64,000 nucleotides of DNA from an uncultured Clostridia bacterium (GTDB taxonomy: Bacteria; Bacillota; Clostridia; TANB77; CAG-508). Positions 1 to 12,800 of this stretch are shown in pieces (the first letter of the stretch is position 1; each line of letters opens with the position of its first letter). The position numbers were made by a program, and so were the translations under genes. A model generated the notes under the pieces. It saw nothing but the letters and a program-made list of their open reading frames with translations, was not told the DNA's origin and made no database searches. Location of the stretch: the NCBI GenBank assembly GCA_963556825.1, contig CAUWAM010000005.1, forward strand, positions 2,609 to 66,608, written 5' to 3'.

Positions 1-597
1 GAAGGAGTAAAAGTTTTAGATAATGTTTCATTTACTGTAAAACAGGATGATAAAATTGCATTTTTAGCAGATAATGAAATTGCTAAAACAGTTCTTTTTC
101 AAATAATTGCTGGAGAATTAGAACCAGATGATGGAGAATTAGTATGGGGAACAACAATTACAATGTCTTATTTCCCTAAAGATAATAATTATTTATTTGA
201 AACAGATGAAAATATAACAGAATGGCTAAGAAAATATTCAAAAGATCCAGACGAAACATATGTAAGAGGATTTTTAGGAAGAATGTTATTCTCAGGAGAT
301 GAAGCTTTAAAGCAAGTAAAAGTTTTATCAGGAGGAGAAAAAGTTAGATGTGTTCTTTCAAAAATGATGCTTTCAGGAGCAAATTTATTGATATTTGATG
401 AACCAACAAACCATTTAGATATGGAGAGTATTACTTCAGTAAATGAAGGTATGAAAAAATTTATTGGAAATATTTTATTTACATCACATGACCATGAATT
501 AACACAAACAGTTGCTAATAGAATTATAGATATAAAAAGTGATGGAAATGTAGTAGATAGAGAAGTTACTTATAATGAATATTTAGGGATTGAATAG
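1..597 (+). CDS. ABC-F family ATP-binding protein, C-terminal part (5' end lies outside the window)
   Basis: Frame 1 is open from nt 1 (EGVKVLDNVSF...) into the listed ORF. ABC signature LSGGEKVR and Walker B LLIFDEPTNHLD are present, with no TM segments. Confidence 0.85.
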   Translation, partial: EGVKVLDNVSFTVKQDDKIAFLADNEIAKTVLFQIIAGELEPDDGELVWGTTITMSYFPKDNNYLFETDENITEWLRKYSKDPDETYVRGFLGRMLFSGDEALKQVKVLSGGEKVRCVLSKMMLSGANLLIFDEPTNHLDMESITSVNEGMKKFIGNILFTSHDHELTQTVANRIIDIKSDGNVVDREVTYNEYLGIE

Positions 598-608
598 AAA
601 TAAAAAAA

Positions 609-638
609 TAGAGAATTTTAAAATTCTCTATTTTTTTA
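609..638. terminator. bidirectional rho-independent terminator between convergent genes
   Basis: Perfect hairpin agagaatttt/aaaattctct flanked by an A-run and a T-run. Confidence 0.6.
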
Positions 639-1421
639 TTTAATAGGATTGTTATCATCTGAAGAAGTGTTTTCTTCTATTTTAACTTCAATGTCTGAAT
701 TATCGCCATTAACATGTTTATAAAATGCTATAGAAGCAAATTGAATATAAGGTATTAAACATAAGAAACCAATACCAAATGTGAAACTTGCTAAAAGTGC
801 CCAACCTATAAAAGAAAATTGTAAACAGAATAGTTTGCCACGATTTCCAGTCATTAATTGACTACTTTTTTCAACAACATCTTTTGAAGACATTTCAGGA
901 TTTTCGATAGCAATCAAGTAAGCTAATTGATAATAATATGATTTTGGTATAGCCCAAATCATAGAAATTATAAAAAGAATAAACCCAATTACTGTTAGCA
1001 ATACAAAGTTTCCATTTAAGTCATATGTAATATAGCTTATAGAAGTAGAAACAGCTCCTATTATAATAAAAACGTAAGAAACTATTATTAAAATAACAGG
1101 CACTAACATTTTTAAAATTATTTGGAAAGTTATACCCCAAGATTTTCCAAAGTTACTAAATCCGAATTGTAAAAAATCAAAAGCTTTTACATCTTCATTT
1201 TTATATAACTTTAAAAACACATAGATAAGACCTAATGAAATAGGAATTTCAATTATAGTAGTAATAATTGTAAAAATACCTTTCATGGAATCTGGAAATA
1301 AACCTTCTAAAAATCCAATAAGAAAAAATATTACAAAATAAGCTAGAACAATGCAAACTGCTTTTCCCAATTTTCCAGTTAATTTTCTACGAGCTTCTGC
1401 TCTGAAATCTGATGAAATCAT
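636..1421 (-). CDS. DUF975-family integral membrane protein
   Basis: 261-aa ORF. N-terminus SDFRAEARRKLTGKLGKAV resembles the DUF975 consensus, and there are multiple TM helices. Assignment is from memory of the family. Confidence 0.65.
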   Translation of the reverse strand: MISSDFRAEARRKLTGKLGKAVCIVLAYFVIFFLIGFLEGLFPDSMKGIFTIITTIIEIPISLGLIYVFLKLYKNEDVKAFDFLQFGFSNFGKSWGITFQIILKMLVPVILIIVSYVFIIIGAVSTSISYITYDLNGNFVLLTVIGFILFIISMIWAIPKSYYYQLAYLIAIENPEMSSKDVVEKSSQLMTGNRGKLFCLQFSFIGWALLASFTFGIGFLCLIPYIQFASIAFYKHVNGDNSDIEVKIEENTSSDDNNPIK

Positions 1422-1601
1422 TTTGTATACCCCCTTTTATTTTATTTGATTTTATGATATATTAAACAATATAAAAAGTCAATAATATAATAACAAAAAT
1501 CGACAAAAATTTAACTATATATTGACTTACTATATATATAATTTATTATAATAATTATATTCATAATAATATAAAAAATTCAGAGAAGGAAGGAAATTTA
1601 A

Positions 1602-3782
1602 ATGGACAAAATTATAAGAATTATTGCAGAAGAATTAAATATTAAGACAAGTCAAGTTGAAAATACTATAAAATTAATTGACGAAGGAAACACGATACCA
1701 TTTATTGCACGTTATAGAAAAGAAGTAACAGGTGGATTAAGTGATGAAATTTTAAGAAATTTAGGAGAAAGATTAGGTTATTTAAGAAATTTAGAAACAA
1801 GAAAAGAAGAAATTGTAAAATCTATAGATGAACAAGGAAAATTAACAGATGAAATATTAAAAGCTATAGTAAGCGCTAAAACATTGGCTGAAGTAGAAGA
1901 TGTATATAGACCATATAAGCAAAAAAAGAAAACAAGAGCAACAGTTGCAAAAGCGAAGGGGTTAGAACCATTAGCAAATGTTATATTAGAACAAAAAGAA
2001 AAAAGAGATATAAATGAAATTGCTAAAGAGTTTATAAATATAGAAAGATTAAGTGAAGAAGAAAAGAAAAATAAAGATAAAGTTGTGGCAAATGAAGAAG
2101 ATGCAATTCAAGGAGCATTAGATATTATTGCTGAAAACATTTCAGATAATGCAAAATATAGAAAAGAAATTAAAAGGATTTGTTATAGAGAAGCATTAGT
2201 TATAACTAAAGCAAGTAAAGAAGAACCATCTAATTATGAAATGTATTATGATTATAAAGAATCTTTGAAATTTATACCAAGCCATAGAATATTAGCAATA
2301 AATAGGGGAGAAAAAGAAGAATTCTTAAAAGTAAAAATAGAAAAACCAGAAGATAAAATATTATTGTATATGGAAAAAGATATAATAAAAGAAGAAACTC
2401 AATTCACACAAATGTTAAAAGATACAATATTAGATGCTTTTAGAAGATTAATTGAACCATCTATAGATAGAGAAATTCGTTCAGATTTAACAGAAAAAGC
2501 AGAAGATAAAGCTATAAAGGTTTTTGGTAAAAATGCTAAACAATTACTTTTAGGAGCTCCAATAAAAGGAAAAACAGTTATGGGATTTGATCCAGCATAT
2601 AGAACTGGATGCAAGATTGCTGTTATTGATGAAACTGGAAAAGTATTAGATTATACAACTGTATATCCAACAGAACCACAAAATGATGTTGCTGGAGCTA
2701 AAAAAGAACTGTTAAAATTAATAGAAAAAGATAAAGTTGATATGATTGCAATAGGAAATGGAACAGCATCAAGAGAATCTGAAATGTTTGTTGCCGATAT
2801 GATAAAAGACACAGATAGACCAGTACACTATGTAATTGTAAGTGAAGCTGGAGCATCTGTTTATTCTGCATCAAAACTAGCAACAGAAGAATATCCGGAT
2901 ATAAATGTTTCTATAAGAGGGGCAATTTCAATAGCTAGAAGATTGCAAGATCCACTTGCAGAACTTGTGAAAATAGATCCTAAAGCAATAGGAGTAGGAC
3001 AATATCAACATGATGTTAACCAAAAAAACTTAGCAGAAAGTCTAACAGGTGTAGTAGAAGATAGTGTTAACAAAGTAGGAGTTGATGTTAATACTGCAAC
3101 ACCATCACTTTTAGCATATGTGTCTGGGATTAATAATACAATAGCTAAAAATATAGTAAAATATAGAGATGAAAATGGAAAGTTAAAAGAGAGAAAAGAA
3201 CTTTTAAAAGTTCCTAAGTTAGGAAAAGTAGCTTTTGAACAATGTGCTGGTTTCTTAAGGATAATAGATGGTAAAAATCCATTAGAGATTACTGCAGTAC
3301 ACCCAGAAAGTTATGAAGTAACAGAAAAATTATTAAAAAATTTAGGATTTGAAAAAGAAGATTTAAGAGATAGAATAAAAACTGATGAATTAAGACAAAA
3401 ATTAAAGACAGTAGATATTACTAAAACAGCCAAAGAATTAGAAATAGGAGAGATGACATTAAAAGATATTATAGAAGAATTAAGTAAGCCAGGAAGAGAT
3501 CCTCGTGAAGATATGCCTAAACCAATATTGCGTCAAGATGTATTAAAACTAGAAGATTTACAAGAAGGAATGATATTAACAGGAACTGTTAGGAATGTTA
3601 TAGATTTTGGTGCTTTTGTTGATATAGGAGTGAAATATGATGGATTAGTACATATATCAGAAATGAGTGATAAATTTATAAAGAATCCATCAGATTTAGT
3701 ATCTGTAGGAGATGTTGTAAAAGTCAAAGTAATAAAAATTGATAGAGAAAGAAAAAAAGTAGGATTATCAATGAAAGTTTAA
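1602..3782 (+). CDS. tex: Tex-like transcription accessory protein (YqgF/RuvC-like, HhH and C-terminal S1 domains)
   Basis: 726 aa. N-terminus IPFIARYRKEVTGGL, a YqgF-like core (GFDPAYRTGCKIAVIDETG), and a C-terminal S1 domain (GTVRNVIDFGAFVDIG...GLVHISE). RBS gaaggaagg lies upstream. Confidence 0.9.
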   Translation: MDKIIRIIAEELNIKTSQVENTIKLIDEGNTIPFIARYRKEVTGGLSDEILRNLGERLGYLRNLETRKEEIVKSIDEQGKLTDEILKAIVSAKTLAEVEDVYRPYKQKKKTRATVAKAKGLEPLANVILEQKEKRDINEIAKEFINIERLSEEEKKNKDKVVANEEDAIQGALDIIAENISDNAKYRKEIKRICYREALVITKASKEEPSNYEMYYDYKESLKFIPSHRILAINRGEKEEFLKVKIEKPEDKILLYMEKDIIKEETQFTQMLKDTILDAFRRLIEPSIDREIRSDLTEKAEDKAIKVFGKNAKQLLLGAPIKGKTVMGFDPAYRTGCKIAVIDETGKVLDYTTVYPTEPQNDVAGAKKELLKLIEKDKVDMIAIGNGTASRESEMFVADMIKDTDRPVHYVIVSEAGASVYSASKLATEEYPDINVSIRGAISIARRLQDPLAELVKIDPKAIGVGQYQHDVNQKNLAESLTGVVEDSVNKVGVDVNTATPSLLAYVSGINNTIAKNIVKYRDENGKLKERKELLKVPKLGKVAFEQCAGFLRIIDGKNPLEITAVHPESYEVTEKLLKNLGFEKEDLRDRIKTDELRQKLKTVDITKTAKELEIGEMTLKDIIEELSKPGRDPREDMPKPILRQDVLKLEDLQEGMILTGTVRNVIDFGAFVDIGVKYDGLVHISEMSDKFIKNPSDLVSVGDVVKVKVIKIDRERKKVGLSMKV

Positions 3783-3786
3783 AAAA

Positions 3787-3830
3787 ATAGGTAGGAAAAA
3801 AAGAATTGCTTTTTTCCTATCTATTTTTTA
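3787..3830. terminator. bidirectional terminator between tex and the response-regulator gene
   Basis: Hairpin ataggtaggaaaaa / tttttcctatctat (1 mismatch) flanked by A- and T-runs. Confidence 0.55.
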
Positions 3831-3832
3831 TA

Positions 3833-4907
3833 TTAGTTTTTATATCTTTCTTGAATTTCTCTTATTTCGTCATAATGATTTCTTAATATATCTAAAAATA
3901 CATCATCTAATGCAGGATCAAATTGTGTTCCTTTACATCTTTCAAATTCTGCAATAACGACATCTAATGGTAAAGCATCTCTATAAGTTCTTTTTGAAGT
4001 CATTGCATCAAAAGTATCAGCAATTGCTGTAATTCTTGCAAAATAAGGAATTTCTTCACCTTTTAATCTTCCAGGGTAACCGATTACCATCATATTTTTC
4101 GTGATGGTGTTTTACAATTAGTATAATATCTTGGAAAATTGTTGCTGTTGAAAGTATGTGTGCGCCAATAGAGGGATGATTTTTGATTTCTGAATATTCA
4201 TCATCAGTTAGTTTTGATTCTTTTCTAATAATAGAATCAGGCACTCCAATTTTTCCAATGTCATGGAATAATCCACCTATTTGAAGTGTTTTTAGGTCAG
4301 ATTCTGGTAATCCTAAGTGTTGTCCAATTAATACAGAATATGCTGCCACTCTATCTGAATGACCTCTTGTATAAGGGTCTTTAGCTTCAACAGTATATCT
4401 TAATGTTTGAATACTTTCTAGGTATGATTTTTCTAGTTTTTCATATGTTGCTGATAATTGTGAGTTTATTTTTTTGATTTCATTCATTTGATCAATTGAT
4501 TTTATACCAGATTCGATTAATAATAACAATTGGTCAAATTTATCGCTTTTTTCACAATAACCTTGTATATCTAATCTTCTTATTGTTTCCAAAGGCGGAG
4601 CTAAGTCTTTATGCCCAGTAAGCAATAAAATATATAATTCTGTATTAAATTTTCTTATTTCCTCTACTACTTGATCTCCATGAAGGGGAGTCATAATAAA
4701 GTCAAGAATTAACATATCAAAATGTTCAGTTTTAATTTTTTCAATGGCCTCTAATGGGTCTGTAACACCGGTAAAATTATATCCAGATCTTTTTAAGAAA
4801 ATAGATAGAGAATCTATAATTCCTTCTTCATCATCTACAGCTAGTATTTTATATTTGAAATTTGATTTTTCTTCTTCTGTTTGTATGTTTTGTAGTCCTT
4901 TTCTCAT
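3833..4907 (-). pseudogene. response regulator, REC + HD-GYP (c-di-GMP phosphodiesterase-type) output, split by a 1-nt frameshift at 4080-4082
   Basis: ORF 4056..4907 carries the REC domain (ILAVDDEEG...MLILDFIMTP) and HD motifs (HSDRVA, FHDIGK, HHHEKYDG). ORF 3833..4093 continues GYPGRLKGEEIP...TSKRTYR in the +1 frame. Removing one base (the C of AAT-C-GGT) restores HHEKYDGNGYPG. Confidence 0.85.
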
Positions 4908-4989
4908 TTAATCACCTCTTATGATTATAATATAAATATATTTAACTGTGCAAATATTATATTAATAAATTTAGAAAAAATCAAGTATT

Positions 4990-5031
4990 TAAAAAAAATA
5001 AACAACAAAATTATTTATATTTTGTTGTTTA
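4990..5031 (-). terminator. rho-independent terminator after the histidine kinase gene
   Basis: 11-bp stem aaacaacaaaa/ttttgttgttt, followed on the minus strand by an 8-nt T-run. It separates the NRPS-HK unit from the regulator gene. Confidence 0.6.
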
Positions 5032-5041
5032 TAAAAATATA

Positions 5042-6856
5042 CTATAATGGTAATGTTATATTAAAAGTAGTACCTTTATTAGGTTTTGATTCAAATGTAA
5101 TATCTCCATTGAAATGAGCTTTGATAGTAGAATATGACATATATAAACCAAGTCCTGTACCGTTTTTTCCCTTAGTTGTTATCATCTCTTTGAATAACTT
5201 ATTCTTAACCTTTTCAGGTAATCCTGAACCATAATCTTTAACAGAAATAATTAAATTATTATTTTGTTTTTCTAATATTAAGTCAATATTTTCTCCCTCT
5301 TTTCCATTGTAAGCTTGAATTGAGTTAGAAATCATATTATTTACAACTTGTACTAAGCTATTTACATCACCATTTATAGTTGTTTTACTATCTACATTCA
5401 TTTGGATATTTAAATATACTACAGCACTTTTTAATTCATGTTTCATTAAGATATTTACTCTTTTTACAAGTTCATTTAAGTCAAATGAAACATTTTCTGT
5501 TTCTGATAATGTAACAGCTTGTCCTTTTACAGCAGTTATTACATCTGACATATATTCTGTATATTTTTTTATTTTTTCAATCCATGACAGCATGTCTATT
5601 GCTATATCATGATGGTCTTGGCTATTTACTTCAGGGTCATCTATTGATGAATCATATTCTTTTACTAAGTCTGTTAATCCTTCTGCTGCTCCTGATATTG
5701 ACATTATTGGTGTTTTTAAGTTGTGTGCTATACCTCCAATTAATTGACCTAATGATGATAATCTTTCACTTTCCATTAAGGTTTCTTGAGCATTTTTTAT
5801 TTTTTCCATATCTTCTATATGTTGGGTTATGTCTTTTAATAGTATTAGTGTTCCTAAAGATGAGTTTTCTGATAAAATTGAATTTATTTCAATATGACAA
5901 TATCTGTTTATTTTTTTTATATATAAATCAAAAGATACTGTCTTTTCATTGTTCTTAACTTCTTGTAAAGCGTCTTTTATCTTTTGTAAATTTAAATAGA
6001 AATTGTTTTTCTTTAAAATGTATTCAAAATTTTGTCCTCTTAAATTTTTTGAGGATTTTATATTAAATGTATCTAAAAATGTTTGGTTAAAGTCTGTTAT
6101 ACATCCGTCATCATTTAATACTACATAACTATCTGAAATTCTATCAACTATTTTTTGAAGTGCTATTGGAGTAACTCCTAAAAAATTAAATTTAAAAATA
6201 GCTAAAGCAAAACATATAACTGAAATTGAAAATGCAATTGGAGTTGCAAATACAGTCATTGGTATTACTTTTAAAAATGAGCCTAATATATTTACTGTAA
6301 TAGGGATAGCTAATCCTAAGCAAATTAAAATTGATTGCTTAGAGAAAAATCCTGAATTTTTAAGTGAAAAATTCAATAAACGTACAATTCCTAGTATTAA
6401 TAAAGCATAGGAATATATTGTATGGATATAAAAATATGGCCCATATATTGTATCAGTAAAATAATACGAATAATTAATATAAAATAAGTGGTGAAAATTA
6501 TTTGTCCATAATATAAGTAAAGATAATATTGGTATAACAAATAATAGAAGATATGTCTTCTTAAATTTAATTTTCGTATTTATAAAAATTTGTCCTGTAA
6601 AAAATATGAAAACTGGTAAAAAACAGGTACCAATATAAATTATATTTTCAAACCAAATAGAGGGAATTGAAAAGTAATAATTACATATTGTTTGGCAAAG
6701 TACACCAATAGAAATTATAAGTGTACATACAAGATTTAAAATAAATATTATAGTTAATTGCTTTCTTTCCTTTCGGTTGGCTATATATATTAAAAATATA
6801 AATGTAAAAATAATAGAAAGAACAAGAAGCCAAAAGTCTAAATTGAAGTTATTCAT
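5042..6856 (-). CDS. sensor histidine kinase: N-terminal ~7-TM sensor region, PAS-like domain, HisKA, HATPase_c
   Basis: About 7 hydrophobic helices in aa 1-225. H-box GGIAHNLKTPI, N-box NNMISNSIQAY, G1 DYGSGLP, G2 GTGLGLYMS. The likely ATG at 6856 overlaps the NRPS stop (ATGAATAA). Confidence 0.85.
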   Translation of the reverse strand: MNNFNLDFWLLVLSIIFTFIFLIYIANRKERKQLTIIFILNLVCTLIISIGVLCQTICNYYFSIPSIWFENIIYIGTCFLPVFIFFTGQIFINTKIKFKKTYLLLFVIPILSLLILWTNNFHHLFYINYSYYFTDTIYGPYFYIHTIYSYALLILGIVRLLNFSLKNSGFFSKQSILICLGLAIPITVNILGSFLKVIPMTVFATPIAFSISVICFALAIFKFNFLGVTPIALQKIVDRISDSYVVLNDDGCITDFNQTFLDTFNIKSSKNLRGQNFEYILKKNNFYLNLQKIKDALQEVKNNEKTVSFDLYIKKINRYCHIEINSILSENSSLGTLILLKDITQHIEDMEKIKNAQETLMESERLSSLGQLIGGIAHNLKTPIMSISGAAEGLTDLVKEYDSSIDDPEVNSQDHHDIAIDMLSWIEKIKKYTEYMSDVITAVKGQAVTLSETENVSFDLNELVKRVNILMKHELKSAVVYLNIQMNVDSKTTINGDVNSLVQVVNNMISNSIQAYNGKEGENIDLILEKQNNNLIISVKDYGSGLPEKVKNKLFKEMITTKGKNGTGLGLYMSYSTIKAHFNGDITFESKPNKGTTFNITLPL

Positions 6857-9800
6857 CAATATTACCTCCGTTAATAAAATTTATTTTTTTAAAATAGTCC
6901 ATATATCTAATAATATAATTTTTATCAATATCTTGCCAATCAAATGATAAGAGTTTTAAATATTGCTCTGTAAAAGATGCATGTAATCGTACATCATATG
7001 TATAAATTAGCTTTTTACTTTCATCTAAATCATAAATTATGCCAGATAATATATCTTTTTTATTATTATCAGATAATATACCAGTAAGTAAAGATGAAAA
7101 CATATCATTAGGCATTGGCAAAATATCGTAATTTAAACTCTTTAATGTTTCAATTAGTAAAGGTATTGGTAATAATTTAGTATTATATATATGAAAAACA
7201 TTGCATTTACTATTATGATTTAAGATTTTTATAATAGCATCTGAAGCTAAATCAACAGGAGTTAGTTCTATAGAATGTTTTAACATATATTTTGGAGCGG
7301 CTCCTATTTCAACAAATGATTTAATTCTTTTAGCAAAAGCGTTATTATCAACATTTTGTTGAAATACACCATCAGAATACCTATTGGTAATATTACCTAA
7401 TCTTAATATTTGAGCATCTAGCCCATTATATATAGCTTCTAACACAATTAATTCTGCTCTATATTTTGTTGTTGTATAAATACCTTTAATTTTTTGACCA
7501 ACAAATAAATTAGTCTCATAAAATTGTTTTTTATTATTTATATTTTCAGGAGTTTCTACTATTGCTTCTTCTTTTTCACCACTGCCTGAAACACTCATAG
7601 TAGATATATGTAATAATCTTTTGTTTTCTTTTTTACAGAAATCTACAACATTTTTTGTTCCTTTAACATTAATTTCTTCAAATTCATTTTTTAATCCATA
7701 ATGTTTTACTATAGCACCAGAATTTATAATAACATCAATATTATTTTTTAATAAATTATAATCATAATTAGATAATCCTAAATTTTCTTTTGTTATATCA
7801 CCAGTAATAACTTGAATCCTTTTTAAGAAATCGTTTATGTATTTGTCACCAAAATAGAATGTTAAGGTTTGTTTTAATCGATCAACAGGATTAATATTGT
7901 TTTTTGGTCGTATTAAACAATAAAGAATTCCAGAATTTTGTTTTAAAAATTCATCAATAATATGTGAACCTAGAAAACCAGTACTTCCAATTAATAGAAT
8001 ATTGTTTACTTTAACAGGAACAATAGTTGAAAAATTATCTATATTATTTCTAGCTAATACACTATTTATTTTATTATAATCATAATTTTCAATAAAACTT
8101 ATTTCTGAAGATGGTAATTTATTAGATAATTTTTTTATTGTTGGATAATTAAATATATCAGCATATTCAAAAGAAAGACCATATTTAATAGCTTCTATCT
8201 GCATTTGAATTGCAGAAATTGAGTCTCCACCAATATCAAAAAAATTATCATTTATATTAATGTCATCTATTCCTAAAATATTTTTCCAAATTTGTAGTAA
8301 TTTTTCTTCGTTTGAATTTAATTCATCAATATTTATCTCTTTACTAGGTATGGTTTTATGTAGGTTAGGTAAAGGAAGTGCTTTTCTATCTATTTTTCTG
8401 TTTATAGTATAAGGCATTTTATCTAATCTAATAATATAAGCAGGAATCATATATTGAGGAAGAGCTTCTTTTAATGTTTCTTTTACTAATGATTCTGAAA
8501 CAGAAGAGTTAGAAACATAATAACCACACAAAACTTCTTTGCCATTAATTTCTATTTTGTTTACTATAGAGTCAGTAACTCCATCAATATTATGCATAAT
8601 ATTTTCAATTTCGCCGAGCTCAATTCTTAATCCTCTTAATTTTATTTGATTATCTAATCTTCCTAAACATTGAACCTTGCCATCAAAAGTCCATCTACCA
8701 ATATCACCAGATTTATATATTTTTCCACTACCAAAAGGATTATCTAAAAATTTAGATGCTGTCATTTCAGCTTTTCCAATATATCCAAGACCAACTTGAA
8801 TTCCTGAAATATAAATTTCACCAATTACACCTATTGGGACCGGTTTCATATTTTTATCTAATATATGAATTTGAGTATTCATTATAGGAGGTCCTACGGT
8901 TATCTCTTTTTCTCCGTTTAGATTTTGTACATTTGAAAGTATTGTAATTTCACTAGGACCATAAATATTATAAATAGTAATATCACTTGATAAAGTTTTT
9001 AAGTCTTTTACAAATTTTTCTGGTAATGGTTCTCCTCCAAACACCATATTTTTAACTAAAGCCAATGCCGAATCTGGTTCTCTATTATCATAATTAATTT
9101 TCATTAAACTTGGAGTAACAGTCATAACATCAACATTGTATTTTCTAATTAAAGCATCTAACAATTTTGGGTTTCTATGTTCAGCATTATTTGCCATTAC
9201 AACTGTTAGTCCATGGGTTAATGATACAAAAATTTCATATACAAATATATCAAAAGGTGTTGATGTAACTGATGCTAATGTATGCTTATTCCCATCTCTT
9301 AAATAATCTAAAGCTTTTGTCATTGCTTTAGCCATATTGGCAAAACCAACTTGATGTAACATAACTCCTTTTGGAGTTCCTGTTGAACCAGAAGTATAAA
9401 TTATATAAGATAAATCATATGGTTCAACTTTTATGTTTGGATTTTCACAAATTTTATTATATAATTCATTATTATCTAAATCAATTTCAAGACAATTTTC
9501 AATAGTATCTACTCTATCTTTTAAATCTTTTTGAGTTAATACATATTTTGTTTTACTATCTTGAATATAGTATTTTGTACGCTCAATAGGATAAGTTGGA
9601 TCAACATTGAAAAATGCAGCACCAGCTTTTAAAATACCAAGCATACAAATTATAGTTTCTAAAGAACGATTTGTCATAATACAAACAATATCATTTCTTC
9701 CAATTCCTTTTGATATTAACAAACTTGCTAAACTATTAGCTTTATTATTTAAATCTTTATAAGTTAATGTTTTATTATCACAGATTAATGCTATATCATT

Positions 9801-12800
9801 AGGAGTTTCTACTACTTGGTTTTCAAATAAAGATATAATAGTATCATTATTTATTGGAGAAGAGGTATTATTAAAAGTATCTATTAATTCTTTTTCCTTT
9901 GGCGTTATTATATTAGTAGTAGATATAACTTGTTCCGGTTTTTCTAATAAACTTTTTAATAGATAAATATAATGTTTTATGAAGTTTTCTGCAGTTTCGT
10001 ATTTAAATATATCTGTATTATATTCTAATCTAATTGTATTCATATCAGGTATAACTTCTAATAGTAAATTAAACTTTGAAGTTTTTGTATCTGGCCTTAA
10101 AATTTTAATGTTGTGATCATCTAATTTTAAAGTATCACTATGAGGAGTCTGATAAGTAAATACAACATCTAGTAAAGAATTAAAATTCAATTCTTTATTA
10201 AGTTTATCATATGGATATGGTTGATTTAGTAATGCTTCTTTAATTAATGTATGTGTTGAATTTAAAAATTCACTAAATGTTTTAGAAGTATCGAACATAT
10301 TTCTTAAAACAATATTATTAACAAACATTCCTATTATATTTTTTAATTCAGGCATTATACGTAAATCTGCTGGTGTTCCAACAATAATATCATTTTGACC
10401 AGTATATTTATAAAGTAAAATATAAAATACACTTATAAAAAATGTGTAAGGAGAAATACTAAATTTTTTAGAAAATTGATCTATAAGTTCAAATATTTTT
10501 TTATCAATATTTAAATTTATACTATCTCCATTAAATGATTTTATATTAGAAATTGCATAGTCATAAGGTAAATTTAATATTGGTAAATCATTATTATTAA
10601 ACTTATTTAACCAGTAATTTTCTATATTACTAATTTTATTACTATTTACAAAGTTATTTTCCCAAACAGTATAGTCTATATAATTAATATTTAGATTTTT
10701 AATTTTTTTACCATTATAAATTTTACAAAAGTCATTTAGTATAATAGATAGAGAAGTTCCATCCATTACAATGTGATGAGAATCAATTAATATTAAAGAT
10801 TGACCATTATTCAAAAAATATAGGGAAACTCTAAGAAGAGGGGCTTTGTCCAAATCAAATGGCTTTGGGAAATTATCAATTATTGCTTGTATATTATCTA
10901 TATTTTCTGTGTATGTTTTAATATCAAATTGTACATCATCTAAAACGGATTGATATGCTATTCCATCAATGGTTTTAAATATTGTTCTAAAAGCAGGTTG
11001 AACTCTAATGATTTCGGTAAATGCTTGTTTTACTTTATTCGAATCTAGTATAGTATCAATTAAAAATCCACAAGATACATTATATACTGTTGAATTTTTA
11101 TCAATTTTTGAAACATAAAACATTTCTTTTTGTGAATAAGAAAGTGGGTAATAATCTTGTTTTTGAGCTTTCCCAATATGTTTTATATCAGTTTTTGAAG
11201 AGGAAACTATTAAGTTTGATAATTCAACGAGTGAATGTATTTCATATAAATCTTTTATAGAAAGGCTTACACCAAATTGTTCTTGGATTTTATATGAAAG
11301 ATTAATAATTCCGATAGAATCTAGACCGATATTAAATAAATCATCTGTTGTACTTATATTATCACTAGGTACAATAGTTGAAATAATATCATATAATTTT
11401 TGTTCAGTATCATTTTTAGGTAAAGTTTTTTCTTTAGAAACTTTTACTAAATCAAGATTCAAAGCTTTTCTATCAATTTTTCCATTTGGTGTAGTAGGTA
11501 AGTCATCTAAATGGATAAAATATGTAGGCATCATGTATATAGGTAGCTTACTTAGTAAGTATTTTTTTAATTTATCAATATCTACATTTTCAGTTGATGT
11601 ATAATATGCACAAAGAAATTGCATATTTTCTGAATTTTGGCAAGCTACAACGCAAGATGAAATACCTTTAAAAGTGGATATTGAGTTTTCTATTTCTCCT
11701 AATTCTATTCTATATCCTCTAAATTTAACTTGAAAATCAGCTCTACCCATATGAATGATTTCTCCATTAGTATTATAATAAGCTAAATCATTAGTGTTAT
11801 ATAGAAGTTGATTTTTAATGTAATCTAAATGTATAAATTTTTCATTTGTTAAGGAATCATTATTAAAATAACCTTTAGATACACCTTCTCCACCTATATA
11901 TAAGTTACCTATTACAAAAGGAGGAAGGAGATTAGCGTTTTTATCTAAAATATAACATGTTGTATTTGCAATTGGTTTTCCAATTGTTATATTATCTTCA
12001 TAAGTTAAATCTTTAAATGTAGACCACACTGTGGTTTCTGTAGGGCCATATACATTAAAAATATTTGCATTAGAAGAATTTTTTAGTTGTATTAATAATG
12101 TGTCAGGGAAAGATTCTCCACCAACAATAATATCTTGTAATTTTTTTAAATAGTCTAAAGAAGACGTATCCTTAAAAAAAGCCAAAAAACGAGATGGAGT
12201 AGTTTGCATCATAGAAACATTATATTTTAAACACAATTTATTAAAAGCATGTACATTTTTTTGTTCGGTTTCGTTTGCTATAATTACTTTTAATCCATTA
12301 GTTAAAGAACACCAAAGTTCTAATCCAAAAATATCAAAACAAATGGTTGTTAAAGAAACCATAGTTTTATTTTTAGAAAAGTTTATTTTTTGTGATATAC
12401 CCATAATGAAATTGCTAAAATTGTTATGAGTTATCATGACACCTTTTGGATTTCCTGTAGATCCAGAAGTATATATTAAATACATTAATTGCATTGGTGA
12501 AATGTTTAAATGTAAATTATTAGTATTATTAAAATTAAATATATTTTCTGTATTAGAAATATTAATTTTTTTATAGTTTTTTGATATTAAATTTTCTGTA
12601 TTATTATTTACTAAGACAAATTTTGCATTACTAGTATCTAATATATAAGAAATTCGCTCAGAAGGATAATCCGGGTCTATAGGTAAATATGCAGCACCTG
12701 ATTTTAAGATACCTAATAAACCAATAACCATTTCTAAAGAACGATTAATTAAAATTCCAATAATGTCATTGTTTTTTATTCCAGAATATACTAAATAATT

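Noticed and set aside
2399-3727. Three antisense ORFs inside tex (2399..2614, 2698..2883, 3533..3727).
   Set aside because: They are shadow ORFs opposite a well-supported gene in AT-rich DNA. They have no RBS and low-complexity hydrophobic translations.
5584-5958. 124-aa plus-strand ORF inside the histidine kinase gene.
   Set aside because: It is antisense to conserved HisKA/PAS coding sequence, with a Leu-rich low-complexity translation and no RBS.
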